DNA of 64,000 bases from Squalus acanthias (Eukaryota), in NCBI GenBank assembly GCA_030390025.1, contig CM059425.1, positions 178,562,001 to 178,626,000 of the forward strand. Reading direction: 5' to 3'. Shown piece after piece: positions 12,991 through 24,515 of this stretch (the first letter of the stretch is position 1; every line of letters starts with the position of its first letter). A model generated the notes under the pieces. The model had not been told where the DNA came from. It did not search any database and saw nothing but the letters and a program-made list of their open reading frames with translations. Both the position numbers and the translations under genes were made by a program.

Positions 12991-13068
12991 ACAGTTTGTC
13001 TGAAATGTGTAATTTGATCCTGCCTGCTGGAGAGTAATTCAAAGTCTCTGCAATGTGTAATTTGATCC

Positions 13069-13125
13069 ATGATGTGGAGATGCCGGCGTTGGACTGGGGT
13101 GGACAAAAATGAGAAGTCGCACAAC
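13069..13125. mobile_element. 57-bp terminal fragment of a second Penelope-like pLTR family
   Basis: ATGATGTGGAGATGCCGGCGTTGGACTGGGG...GTCGCACAAC flanked by direct repeat TTTGATCC; its end matches the reverse complement of 34164-34177. Confidence 0.6.
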
Positions 13126-13281
13126 TTTGATCCAGTCATTGTCCTAGGCAGGCTCCCCGAGCTAAGCTGTTCCAGTGCAGACATGACAGTGGCATCTACC
13201 TGTTAATGTGGATCACCTAGAAAAACAAGATATCTCTCACATGGCTGTCGTCCTCCTCCCAATCATCAGTTGAGTGATATA

Positions 13282-13448
13282 ACATAAAATGCTGGAAATG
13301 CTCAGAAAGTCAGGCAGCATCTGTGGAGAGAGAGGCAAAGTTAACATTTCAGGTCGATGATCTTTCATCAGAACGTGAAACGTTAACTCTGTTTATCTGT
13401 AAATGATGTCTGATTTGCAGAGTGAAATCCACAGCATTGACTATTTTA
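13282..13448. mobile_element. Fold-back Penelope pLTR derivative
   Basis: Left arm matches 10420-10505; right arm is a decayed inverted copy. Confidence 0.7.
13340..13374 (-). ncRNA. Minimal hammerhead ribozyme motif
   Basis: Minus strand GTT-CTGATGA-A-AGATCATCGACCT-GAAA-TGTT-AAC; canonical core, stem II partly mismatched. Confidence 0.6.
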
Positions 13449-13896
13449 CATAATATGAGCTGCAAGGTTGGTTTAGTGAGGCGCATTTCACTCAACGAGA
13501 ACAGGTGAGGGATGATGTCATTGCAAGTGACATCACTAGCAGAACCATAGCATGCACTTAGAATGACATAATTGAATGGCCCGGCTCATGCATAGGATGA
13601 CATCATGGGTCAACTGAAAACCGGAAGTACCAACCTCGGCGGGTCCGCGGTGGGCGATGTCGGTGGCGGTTCCTGGCTTCTCTGCTGGCTCCAGCCTGCT
13701 GTCCAAAATTATTTTTCCCTGATTGGGTTTGTTAAGCCCGCCCAGTGCATTTGCCAGCCAATTGCAGGAAGCGGGTTTGATGACGTCATTCGATGACGCA
13801 TCATCCGCCGGTTTCCTGAAAGGGACCATGCACAAATTAATTTTGACATTTGTGCTGTCAGTGTTCTACAGCATTGAGGTGCTGCAAACACTGACA

Positions 13897-14133
13897 AGCA
13901 CAGCACAGAGGTGCAGGGCTGCACCCAGGCTCTCCCATGACTCCCTCCATATGCTTATGGAGGGAGTCACAGCACGCAGGGAGGTTCTCTTCCCTTCCAA
14001 TGGGTGGAAGAGACCACTCCAGGAGATCAACGCAGCCTGGTTGCACATTGCACAGGAGGACACAAGCAGGGATGTTGTCAGGAGGACCTGGCTGCAGTGA
14101 CACAAACCTTTCAATGATCTCAGTAGATCACGA
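13897..14133 (+). pseudogene. Myb/SANT-like DNA-binding domain remnant (Harbinger accessory protein)
   Basis: RAAPRLSHDSLHMLMEGVTARREVLFP...AWLHIAQEDTSRDVVRRTWLQ*HKPFNDLSRSR fits the R.P.F...L....V......LF...W..IA......RT..QC.K.F.DL pattern; in-frame stop at the Cys codon. Confidence 0.8.
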
Positions 14134-14278
14134 AACATTACTGCAAAGGCACACTCAACCTCATCTTACTGTGCCACTCATCACATCCCCATCACTCTGC
14201 CTTCCCTACCCTACTCCTGCATATTCTCACTCACATCAACTTACCTTGCACCTCCACCCATCCCTCTCTATCTACAAT

Positions 14279-15022
14279 GGCCCAGAAATTGATCCCGCGA
14301 CGCGAGAGTACGCACTGCGTACTCTCGCGTATTCCCACTCCAATTGCCGGTTTTCTGCATGCCCTGCGCATGCGCTGAAAACCGGCAATTGCTCTTTTGA
14401 AAAGGGGGCGGTTCCTCGGTGCATCGCGTGCGCGCTACAGGCTGCGCGCACGCTGTGCACTTCATGCTTTGGACGCGCAGGTAAGTAAGGAAGATTTTAG
14501 AAATGGAAAAAGGAGGAGTAAGACCCACTTTTAACAAGGTAAGTAGTGAATTAAGTATTTTTTTGAATTTTTTTTAACAGGTATATCTTTTTTAGAGACT
14601 TTAAAGACAGGTAAGTTTATTTTTATAACTTTTTAAAAGATTTTAAATTTTTTCAAAAATTTAATTTTTTATTTAAAATGGTTAATTTAATTAACTATAC
14701 TTATTTTATTAATGTGATGGTTTTAAAAAAAAAATGAATTGAGGTTTAGCTGTTATTTTGGGGGGGTGTTAGATTCATAGATTTCACAGCACGTATGTGA
14801 AACTTATGAATGGAAGATGGTGTGCTGCCATTGGCTCTAACTGAGTCACGTGATCCCACAGCTCACACGAATTCACTACGCCGGTGGGATACGCAAGCAC
14901 TGCCCAGCTGATGTCTGGAACATCAAGTTCGTGCGAGCTGGATCTGAAAAAGCACAAGCGGAGTGAGAGATCGCGGGGAAGCCTTACCCCCGCGGGAACA
15001 GAGCGAGATCAATTTCTGGGCC
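14279..15022. mobile_element. Young Harbinger-type MITE nested in copy 1
   Basis: Perfect TIR GGCCCAGAAATTGATC/GATCAATTTCTGGGCC, flanks AAT/ATT; absent at the equivalent site of copy 2 (about 46310). Confidence 0.9.
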
Positions 15023-16519
15023 ATTATCACTTCCACATCTCACTAGCCACCCCTGACACTCACCCTCATCCTAGTCCAATCATACCAACTAACAACACAC
15101 AAGGGTAGGCATTTGTGTGTTTTAGCCAATGTTCATGTGAAGTTTCTGTTAATGTGGTGTCAAACATTGAAACTTTTATTTTCAACACTTTGTGTTCTTG
15201 GACAGATTTGTATGCTCTTTTGGAAGTGACTTAGTGAGTTGCAGTGAATAGTAAGACATAATGGTACCCCTCGCAATGGTGATGTGTGAAAGGAATGGCT
15301 TGAGCATTGTAGGGATGCTTTATGGTGTTGGTGTGGGGTGGTGCCAACCTGATGCATCATGTGGCAGCCAGGGTGTACAGCATCAAGTGAAGTAAATCTG
15401 GCCATGGTGAGGCCATCCCTGGCATCCCGGGCAGCAGTGTGGTCGGGTGCTGATGCCCTCTGTCCTGTGCAGCATCAGGTGATTGTGGAGAAGGTTGGTG
15501 TTGTCAGTGCTGCTGGTGTGCCTGGTGCTGCTGGTGTTGGGGCTGATCGTGGTGGTATTCTGAGGACCAAGGTGAGATAGTTTCAAGGGCACCGATGCTG
15601 ATGTAATAGATGGCAGGTGAAGTTGAGATGACAGAAGCGATCTGTCAATGGTGAGAGAGGTTGTTCCAATGAGGTGACACTGGATAGAGAGTTTATTCCA
15701 AACACTGCATAAAGCTCAATCTGTCTTCCAAATGCAGTAAACAACAGCTTCTGAGCTTGGAAAGTGAACAGCTGTGAGATGGGAGCTTTTATAGCACATT
15801 TGCAGCTGTCAAGTAATGAGTTGATTCCATGGTAATACAATTCCCGACCTACTTTCCTGACGTGATTCCTGAGCAGCATGGACCCTGCGGGCGACCTCAT
15901 AAAATGTAAAGGTGAGCTCAAAATACTTCTTAATGGGCTGTTAACAATGTCATAATGACCTGAATTGCCTCCCCCGCTGCTGCGTGTCGGGTCTGTTCAG
16001 CGCTGACAGACTCGACATCTGGGAAAGGCACATGGTGGCGGGTTCTGACCCGCTGGGCGAAACAAACTCTTTCCCACCTGACCTGCCACAGAATGCGCCT
16101 GCTGACCCCCTGAAAAATTCCCCCCCCCTGGGTGAGAACTGCAGTGACTGATGGGGCATTGTATGTGGGTCACGGATTGTTAACAGGTTTATTGGGTATG
16201 ACGTAAATAGTGACAGTGTCACAACTTCTGGATTTCACCCAGTCCAATGATGTCACTTGCCACACATGCGCCAGACTTTGCGATAAATCAACTCACTGCT
16301 GTTCATGGTCAAATGCGTGATCCATGTCTAGTGGGGAGAAGAGGGAGAACGTGGTGCGGGTATAAAGGGGGTGTGGTTGGAAGAACGTGATCCATGTCTA
16401 ACAGAGGGGGCAGAACACGATCCATCGTCCCATCTGGATTACGTTCTTGCTCTCATTCCCCCTCATTAGACCTGGATCACATTCTTCCCCTCTCCACTGT
16501 TCTCTTCATGCTCCTCCCT

Positions 16520-17890
16520 ATGAGTTCCTGACCTTGCCCCCACCCCCCCGAATTCCTGACCTCCTCCTCCCCCGAGTTCCTGACCTTCCCCTCACCCCCC
16601 CGAATTCCTGACCTGCTCCTCCCCCGAGTTCCTGACCTTCCCCCCACCCCCCCGAATTCCTGACCTGCTCCTCCCCCGAGTTCCTGACCTTCCCCCCACC
16701 CCCCCGAATTCCTGACCTGCTCCTCCCCCGAGTTCCTGACCTTCTCCCCTCCGAGTTCCTGACCTTCTTTGCCCCCTTGCTCTTGACCTTCTCTTCCCCA
16801 AGCTGCTGACCTTCTCTCCCCGAACTGCTGATCTTCTCCCCTCTGAGCTCCTGAATTCCTCTGCCCCTGAGTTCCTGAATTTCCCCCCCTAAGTTCCTGA
16901 CCTCCCCCCCCCACCGAGTTCCTGACCTTTCCCTCCCCCGAGTTCTTGACCTTTCTTCCCCGAGCTGCTGACCTTCTCCCCCCCGCTGATTTCCTGACCT
17001 TCTCTCCCCGAGTTCCTGACCTTCTCCCCCTGAGCTCCTCAATCCCTCTCCGCCTGAGTTCCTGAACTCCCCCTCCAAATTCCTGACCATCTCTCCCCCC
17101 GAGTTCCTGACTTCTCTCCCCCCTGAGTTCTTGACCTTCTCCCCCCATAGCTCCTGAATTCCTCTGCCCCTGAGTTCCTGAACTTCCCCCCCAAGTTCCT
17201 GACCTCCCCCCGCACCGAGTTCCTGACCTTTCCCCCCCCGAGTTCTTGACCTTTCTTCCCCGAGCTGCTGACCTTCTCCCCCCCCACGATTTCCTGACCT
17301 TCTCTCCCCGAGTTCCTGACCTTCTCCCCCTGAGCTCCTCAATCCCTCTCCCCCTGAGTTCCTGAACTCCCCCTCCAAATTCCTGACCATCTCTCCCCCT
17401 GAGTTCCTGACTTCTCTCCCCGCTGAGTTCTTGACCTTCTCCCCCCGTAGCTCCTGAATTCCTCTCCCCCTGAGTTCCTGAACTTCTCTCCTCAGTTCCT
17501 GACCTTCTCTCCCCCTGAGTTCCTAACCTTCTCTCCCCCCCCAAGTTCTTGACCTTCTCTTCCCCCGAGGTCCTGACCTTCTCCCCCCGAGTTCCTGACC
17601 TTCTCCCGCCCCCCGTGTTCTTGACTTTCTCTTCCCCAGAGTTCTTTACCTTCTCTCCCCCCGAGTTTCTGATCTTCTCTTCCCCAGAGTTCTTTACCTT
17701 CTCTCACCCCGAGTTTCTTATCTTCTCTCCCCCATGTTCCTGACCTTCTCTAACCCCCGCGTTCCTGACCTTCTCTCCCCCAGAGCTCATGACCTTCTCT
17801 CTCCCCAAGCTCCTCTCCTCTCTCCCCCTTATCCCCTCTCCCCCACATCCCCCCGATCCCCTCTCCTCTCCCCACTCTGATCTTCTGACG
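16520..17890. repeat. C-rich complex minisatellite (~20-22 bp unit CCCGAGTTCCTGACCTTCTCT) with higher-order periods
   Basis: Unit visible throughout; ~65-bp period at 16520-16740; ~300-bp period marked by GCTCCTGAATTCCTCT near 16848, 17150 and 17450. Confidence 0.92.
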
Positions 17891-18074
17891 TTCTCCATGC
17901 AAAAAATGGCTGGCAACAGTGAGGAAACGTGGGTCAGGCCACAGGCTGTAGCCCTGTGGCTAGGCGTGTGCGCGGCTGCGACATCAGGTGCGCATTCGTG
18001 GGGCGGGATAGTGTTTAGGCTCCACCCCCATACAGGTGTGCATGCGCAGAACTCAAACTTGTTCATGCAAATAA

Positions 18075-18245
18075 TTATTCCGTTACTTCATTGCTGTTTG
18101 TGGGAGCTTGTTGTGTGCAAATTGGCTGCCGCATTACCTACATTATGACAGTGACTGCACTTCAAAAGTAATAGTTGGCTGTAATGCACTTTGGGACATG
18201 CTGAGGTTGTGAAAGTTGTTATGTAAATGCCAATTATTTCTTTCT
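18075..18245 (+). mobile_element. Deu-SINE 3' half
   Basis: CATTGCTGTTTGTGGGAGCTTG...AAATTGGCTGCCGC matches 4687-4840. Confidence 0.8.
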
Positions 18246-18402
18246 ATCATGTGTTTGTAAACAGATGAGAAAAGAGTTGCCAAACACTGTTTCAAGTTAA
18301 CATGTGCTGAACAAACAACATCACAAAAATGCTTCAATCCCTGCTCAAGTTTTCCATCAATCAACCATAAAGTTCTGACACTGATTTAATTAATTTGTTC
18401 AT

Positions 18403-18477
18403 AGGATGTGGGTGTCGCTGGCAAGGCCAGAATTTATTGCCCATCCAGAATTGCCCTTCAGAAGATGGTGGTGAGCC
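18403..18477 (-). mobile_element. 3' tail of the CR1/L2-group LINE seen at 50341-51110
   Basis: Reverse complement of the 51018-51092 tail (CACCACCTTCTCAAGGGCAATTAGGGATGGGCAATAAA...GCCAGCGACGCCCACAT). Confidence 0.75.
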
Positions 18478-18883
18478 CCCCCACCTTCACGATGTACCTC
18501 CCCGAACCACCCCAATCTCCCCCCGAACCCTCCAGCTCTCCCCCCTGTGATCTTTCACCCGCAATCTGTCTGCTTACCTCAGCCGATCACCGACCCCGCT
18601 GTGACCGCGCTCTACCCACTACCGCTGTCCACCCTCCCCATGATCTCTCCCCTCCCCGCCACCACTAAACCTACCTGTTCCTCGGGCTGCAGCCTTCCAT
18701 GTCCGACAGGCAGCATTGCCCGTAAATCAATCGGGCTTTCGGGCAGGGAACCTGGGGAAAAAAAATCACACACGTCTTGGAGTTAAAACTCCACGACGTT
18801 CGGGGAAACCCACACTTCCGGATTTCCCAACCATAACTCATCCCTCCCCGCTCTGAAACCCCGCTCCAGTAAATATAGGGGCC
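18478..18883. mobile_element. Truncated Harbinger-type MITE (one TIR)
   Basis: Ends AAATATAGGGGCC at the junction with CR1 sequence; C-rich CpG-rich interior like 19590-20073. Confidence 0.6.
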
Positions 18884-20165
18884 ATCACTTCCTCACTTTT
18901 GTATTCTAACCTCCATGAGTTAAAGGAAAGGCCAATATTCCATTGGCCTTTTTGATGACTTTTTGTACCTGTGCACTCGTGTTTTTAGTGATTTGTGTAC
19001 CTAGACACATAAATTCCTTTGCTCTTCCACAGCTCTTAAACTCTCACCATTAAGATTTGTCTTTCTCAGATCCAAAGTGGATAACCTCTCATTTTCCCAC
19101 ATTGAACTCCATTGGCCATAGTTTGCCCACTCACTTAGCCTGTCTATGCCCCTTGTAACATCCTGTTCCCATCTACACAACTCCTAACTGAGTGTCATCT
19201 GCAAACTTGAATATACAGCTCTCTATTCCTTCATCCAAGTCATTAATATATATGATGAAAAGCTGATCCCTGGGGAGCATCCTGCCAATCAGAGTACATT
19301 CCTTTATCCCTACTCCCCGCCTCCTACTTCCCAACCAATTACAAACCCACGTCACAAGGTTACCTCCAATTCTATACAATTTAATTTTTGCTAACAATCT
19401 CTTGTGTGGAAGCTTATCAAATGCCTTCTGGAAGTCTATATAAACAACATCCATAGACAATCCCCTGTCCACCATGTTAGTGAGCTCCTCAAATAGTTCG
19501 GCCATATTAGTCAGACATGACCTACCTGTCACAAATCCATCCTGACTCTCTCTGATTAGCTCATACTTTTCCAAGCGCTCAGTCACTCTGGGTGGAATTT
19601 TAACCCACAAAAGTGGGTGGGTTGGATATGCCTCTGATCTCCCCCTGAACCGCTACCACCCCCCCACCCCCCGCCCAAGGCCTCCAATCCCCCCTACGAG
19701 GCCTCCGATCTCTCCCCCCAAAGCCTCCGATCGCCTTCTCAGCCTCCCCCCTCCAGCCCCGATGCTCCTCCGGCTCCCGATGCTTCTCTGGCTCCTGAGT
19801 CCTGACCACAGCACACACCACCCCCCCTCCGATGCTCCTCCAGCTCCCGACCTCCCCCCCCACCCCGATTCCTCCCTCTCTCTGCGGCCTACTGTCATAG
19901 GCTTACCTTCCCGCAGCCAGCCAGCCTCTCCATCTGGCTGGCTGCAGGTGGGAAACAGCTTTCTAATGCTAATCAGGACCTGCCGTTAAATTCGGCAGGA
20001 TCTGTGGGAAACCTTTCCTGAACGCTTTCTAGCTCCCCCGATCCTGACCCGTCTCCAGATTAAAATTCTGGCCTCTGTCTCTGATGATAGATTCATGTAA
20101 CTTCCCCACAATGGATATTAAACTGATAAGTCTGTAGTTACCTGGTTTCTCTTTCCCTCACTTCA
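18884..20165 (-). mobile_element. CR1 LINE RT fragment interrupted by a MITE
   Basis: Minus ORF SQDGFVTGRSCLTN...[13 protein letters not shown]...KFADDT; CR1 sequence resumes after 20076. Confidence 0.88.
19590..20073. mobile_element. Harbinger-type MITE
   Basis: Termini GGGTGGAATTTTAA/TTAAAATTCTGGCC; TSD TCT; interrupts contiguous CR1 sequence. Confidence 0.85.
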
Positions 20166-21617
20166 GTGAGATATCATCACTCATTAACTGTTCTATGACT
20201 CCTATCACTGGCAAAAACAACTCGAGCAAAGAGGCAATGCATTCAGGAGAGGAGAAGGGAAGAAAATTTATGGTAAAAAAAATGCAAAGGATTTTTTGGA
20301 GTTCGGATGATGGTTGTAATCCATTCAATTTCACTCCCGTGGGTTATAGCGTAATCTGAACTCCTTGCTGAAATTTCTGCCTTTAATCTCTCTCAGGTAT
20401 CCACTGTTATTCACATTACTCCTATCTTTCAGCATATCATCAGGGTCCTTTGCACGTCTATATTGCAAATTTCATCTGGCACCACAATTTGTAACAATTA
20501 AGAAATTATTGGAGCTTGCTGCACAAGCAATTGTACTTTTGATCATTGACAGCGCTATGGCCAAAGTATTCAGATCTGTGAAATGTTAGCCTAGGAGTAT
20601 TCAGAGTTAACAGTATATGCCAACAGTGCATATAATACTTGGACAGATTAGGGTGATTAGCAGCTCTCTGAAAGGAGAAAATGTGAATTCATTGTTCAGT
20701 ATTTAGTGACCTGCCTGGTACTGCACAGCTCTCTCTCTCTCTGTTTCAGCAGTTTGAGAAATTCTCAGAGACGAGCCATCGCTGGCTGATTTGTAACAGG
20801 AAACAAGCACAATAAAGGCACTGAAGATTAATGTGAGAAGTATGTGTCTCTGTACGGGAGCATCAACAACATGACATGAAAAACGATATTGTTTCCAATC
20901 ACTTGTCACTGCCACGTTATTTTCAATACTGAATGTCTGGCAGATTTTTCATACTTCCTGAGAAGGGCAAAGTAAATGTATTTGGATCTCTCATCAACAG
21001 TCAGTGTCTGTTCTATCACAGATTTAGTGGCTTAAGACTGGTGACAATTCAGCATCATTTTGTTGCAGTTGAGAGGGTAGAGTGCAAAATGTTAGGGAGG
21101 CTATGCTTCCAAAGGAAGTGTTTCATCAGCCCTGCAACAGATATGAAACGCAAAGCACAGACGTAAGAGAAACACAAAGGAACCTGTCCAAGTGATTAAA
21201 GTCAGGCATTTGGAGACCTCCATGAGTTACAAATGCAAGAGCCATGTTTACTCTGTTGAGCTGAATTGCATGGAACAGTGGCTATTGTGTCGCCAGGCAG
21301 CTGCCTAAGGTACTTCAGCACGAGTCAATACTTTAGATGAGATAAGTAAGGAATGCACATTAGAAAAGAGAAGTAGTTAAACAATAAGGAGATAAAATAA
21401 CTGCACTCTTATCTGATGCAGGTAAAAGTTCCATTTAATCTGTTGCAATATGCAGAAAGTTCAGAGAATAGCATTGTATAAGTATTGCAAAAATCTTTAT
21501 TCTGAACCATTTACTCTTTCTTAAAAAGTTTTTAGGCAGCAAAGTTTGATGAAGTTTGGTAAACGTTTGGTTCAGTGATTAAGTATACCAGTTGGAATGG
21601 AATTGTGCCATAAAGAC

Positions 21618-22132
21618 CATACTGCCTTTGTTAGCTCCAGACTTGACTATTCCAATGCTCTCCTGGCCGACCTCCTGTCTTTCATCCTCCGTAAACTGAG
21701 GTCATCCTTTTCTTTCTTTCATCCAAAACTCTGCTGCCCATATCCTAAGTCCCAATCACCCATCACACCTGTGCTCGCTGACCTACATTGGCTCCTGGTC
21801 CAGCAACGCCTCGATTTTAAAATTCTAATCCTTGATTTCAAATCATTCCATGACCTCTCCCCTCTCTATCTCTGTAACCTCCTCCAAACTTACAACCCTC
21901 CGAGATCTTTGCGGTCCTCTAATTCTGGCCTCTTGTGCATCCCCGATTTTAATCGTTTCCCTCCCTAAACCTCTCCGCTTTTCTACCTCTCTCCTTCTTT
22001 AAGACACTCCTTAAAACCTACGTTGTCCCAATGACTCCTTTTATGGCTCGGCGTCAGTTTTTTGTCTGATTATGCTCCTGTGAAGTGCCTTGGGACATTT
22101 TACTTAAAGGCGCTATATAAGTGCAAATTGTT
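21618..22132 (+). mobile_element. L2-clade LINE 3' fragment
   Basis: AFVSSRLDYSNALL...SPITPVLADLHWL.VQQRLDFKIL...RSLRSS; tail AAAGGCGCTATATAAGTGCAAATTGTT. Confidence 0.88.
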
Positions 22133-22179
22133 TTTATAAAAAAATGATATTAAATTAGTAAACTAAATCTTTTTTGCCA

Positions 22180-22960
22180 TGTTTCTGCTTTTCTCCAATG
22201 GCTTGGGCTGGGGTTTGGATCCACACCTGACCATTCTTTATACATGAGCCTAAACAGCACCCAGCATCACTGACAAATGAAAGCCTGCTAGCATCACTGA
22301 GGAACATCGACTGGTGCTGCAGCATTGTAGGCCTTGGTAGAGATTGAGGCCTACAAAACTAAGTGCCTTAGGCCAGACTGGAGGAAGAGGAGGTCTTATC
22401 TAGTCCATCTCCCTTCATTTGTGGACATCAGGGCCATTACTGCTGCTCCCTTGGGCCTAACCCCACCTTTCACCAGGAAGTCCGGAAGCAGTAGTAAGAG
22501 GGGCGGACTGCAGGGAAAAGGGATGGGAGGCCAGGTACCATGACCCCCTCCTCCGACATTTATGCACAGCAAGTGGGGAAATGGCAGCCAGTGATGGTCC
22601 TGGCATGGCCGGGGAGGGACACTTAGCCCAGGGTGGGAATGCAGTGCTAGGATTTACTGCCCAGTTTTGCCTCTTTTTCCGCCGCTATGCTGCCTGATAG
22701 CGGAGGAAAATCCAGCCCTGAATATCAGCAAGCTGTTTGACTGTTGAAGTCCAAATTTGTCTGGTTCACATCCACACACACATGCTTTCCAAATGAGGAA
22801 TTGGAATCTGAATTATCCCCCTACCATTCCAAGTATGCTGAGGCCAACTGCAGTACCTGAACCAGTGCCCAGGCTGAGGTCAGCAAACTCAGCAAAGATC
22901 AGAGCTCGAATCTGGGTCCCTCTGATAGGTATCAGTTCCACTTCATATATTCACCCGTCA
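22180..22960 (-). mobile_element. SINE family B interrupted by a MITE remnant
   Basis: Family B blocks at 22180-22257 continue at 22719-22960. Confidence 0.55.
22258..22718. mobile_element. Harbinger-type MITE remnant (one TIR)
   Basis: Ends AAAATCCAGCCC, identical to the termini at 52261 and 59020; left TIR not found. Confidence 0.6.
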
Positions 22961-23224
22961 GCCTTCAAGGTAGCTGATTAAATATTTGTTCATTAGAAGA
23001 ATTATGTAATAATTTTCAGGTTAGAAACACTGTTGTGAACGACAGGCAATATTGTCAGCTCTCTCTCCTGGACTGCACTTTGAGTGTTTAGCAGACTTTT
23101 TTAGTTTGTGGAAGAAGAATCATCATTTGTCATATCTGTCTTAATGACATTAGGCAAGGATGTATTCTGGTCTTATTTACATCATTGTGTTTGTGTTTCT
23201 AAATAAATGCAAACAAATAAAAGG

Positions 23225-23640
23225 TGCCAATTTTCTTCCCGCCCCACCCCTCCTATTTTCTCCCCTTGTCTCCTGAAGGCATTGACTCTGTGCTGGGGCA
23301 TGGCTCCACAGGTATTGGCTGCCCTTCAGTATCTCATCCAAATGGCAATTCCTCCTTTAGGAACGTAGACTGTGAATATTGGTAGACTATTTGACTGTGG
23401 GGGCATCATACCCAACTCTGACCCTGTCCTCTCTGACATCCATAGATGTTGTTCTTCCCAGCAGGGGACACTTTACAGCAATTGCGAGTGAGAACATAAA
23501 TTGATTTTCCCTGTCCTAAGCCAGTGGCACTGAGGCCAATTGTTGCATGTAGCGCTGCGGGTGAAATCAGCCAACTCCAAATGAACCATCCTGGGAGCCT
23601 TGCCAAACAATTTTTATGCAGACAGTATCCTTTTAATCAC
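23225..23640 (-). mobile_element. SINE family B
   Basis: CCTGAAGGCATTGACTC...GACTATTTGACTGTGGGGGCATCA...CTGAGGCCAATTGT blocks. Confidence 0.7.
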
Positions 23641-24242
23641 TATTTTCTAGCCCTAACAATTTTGACTGAATTGCATTTATTTTTCCAGTCAAGCTTTTGT
23701 ATATGACTTCAATTAATTCATGTCAAGTTTATTGCATCATTAGCTCTTAGCAGAAGCATTATAATGTAATGCACATTATAAAACAATACTGCAAATTCAA
23801 AAACTGAATACAATTACAAGACATGCTTTTCTCATTTTCATGTTATTTCATTGAATCTATGATGGTTGGTTATAAACAATAAAACTGTTGGTTGTGTAAA
23901 ACTTTTAATAGACACATAGATGTTCTGTTTTAAAGATTGATAGAAAGTAGACATGTACATCAATCTAAATACCATCCTTTGATACCTCCCACAAAGCAGG
24001 ATTCTGATAGAAATACATTGTATTGTATTTAGCACTTAACAACTAAATAATAATATTTAAAATTGCACTTAACTCACCACATAAACATTAACAGTTGTAG
24101 ACAAGTGACTATTGAGATTTAATGATTGCTGAAAATCCCAATGATAGTTGACTGTTTCACTCCACTATGCACTTCACCTGAGTACAACAAAAGGAACATG
24201 TCTACTGAATTTATATGGAGCTCCCTCCTCATCTGACAGGCA

Positions 24243-24515
24243 ATAACAACAACAACTCTTAACATAGTAAATTGACCCAAGGTGCTTCACAGGAGCATTA
24301 TCAAACAACATTTGACACCGAGCCACATAGGCGATATTAGGGCAGGTGACCAAAGGTTTGGTCAAAGAAGTAAGTTTCAAGGAGCGGTTTAAAGAAGGAG
24401 AGAGAGGCGGCGAGGTTTAGGGAGGGAATTCCAGAGCTTAGGGCCTAGGCAGCTGAAGGCATGGCCACCAATGGTGGAGCAATGAATATAGGCCAGAATT
24501 GGAGGAGCGCAGAGA
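24243..24515 (-). mobile_element. L2-clade LINE 3' fragment
   Basis: Reverse complement matches 21915-22130 (CCCTCCCTAAACCTC, GGCTCGG.GTCA, ATGCTCCTGTGAAG); (CAA)n tail. Confidence 0.8.

Larger units (their letters stand above)
13632..16125 (+). mobile_element. Non-autonomous PIF/Harbinger-type element, copy 1 (left TIR missing, nested MITE)
   Basis: Reverse-complement match to 45292-46976 along its length; right end AAAATTCCCCCC; Myb/SANT remnant on +. Confidence 0.85.

Noticed and set aside
11165..13003. Plus-strand ORFs overlapping the Penelope element
   Set aside because: Antisense shadows of the RT/GIY-YIG coding sequence.
16477..17544. Gly/Arg/Glu-rich ORFs on the minus strand
   Set aside because: Translations of the C-rich tandem repeat, open in several frames.
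20749..20817. Strong acceptor followed by QFEKFSETSHRWLICNRKQAQ*
   Set aside because: The pyrimidine tract is a CT microsatellite and no partner exon or recognisable protein was found.
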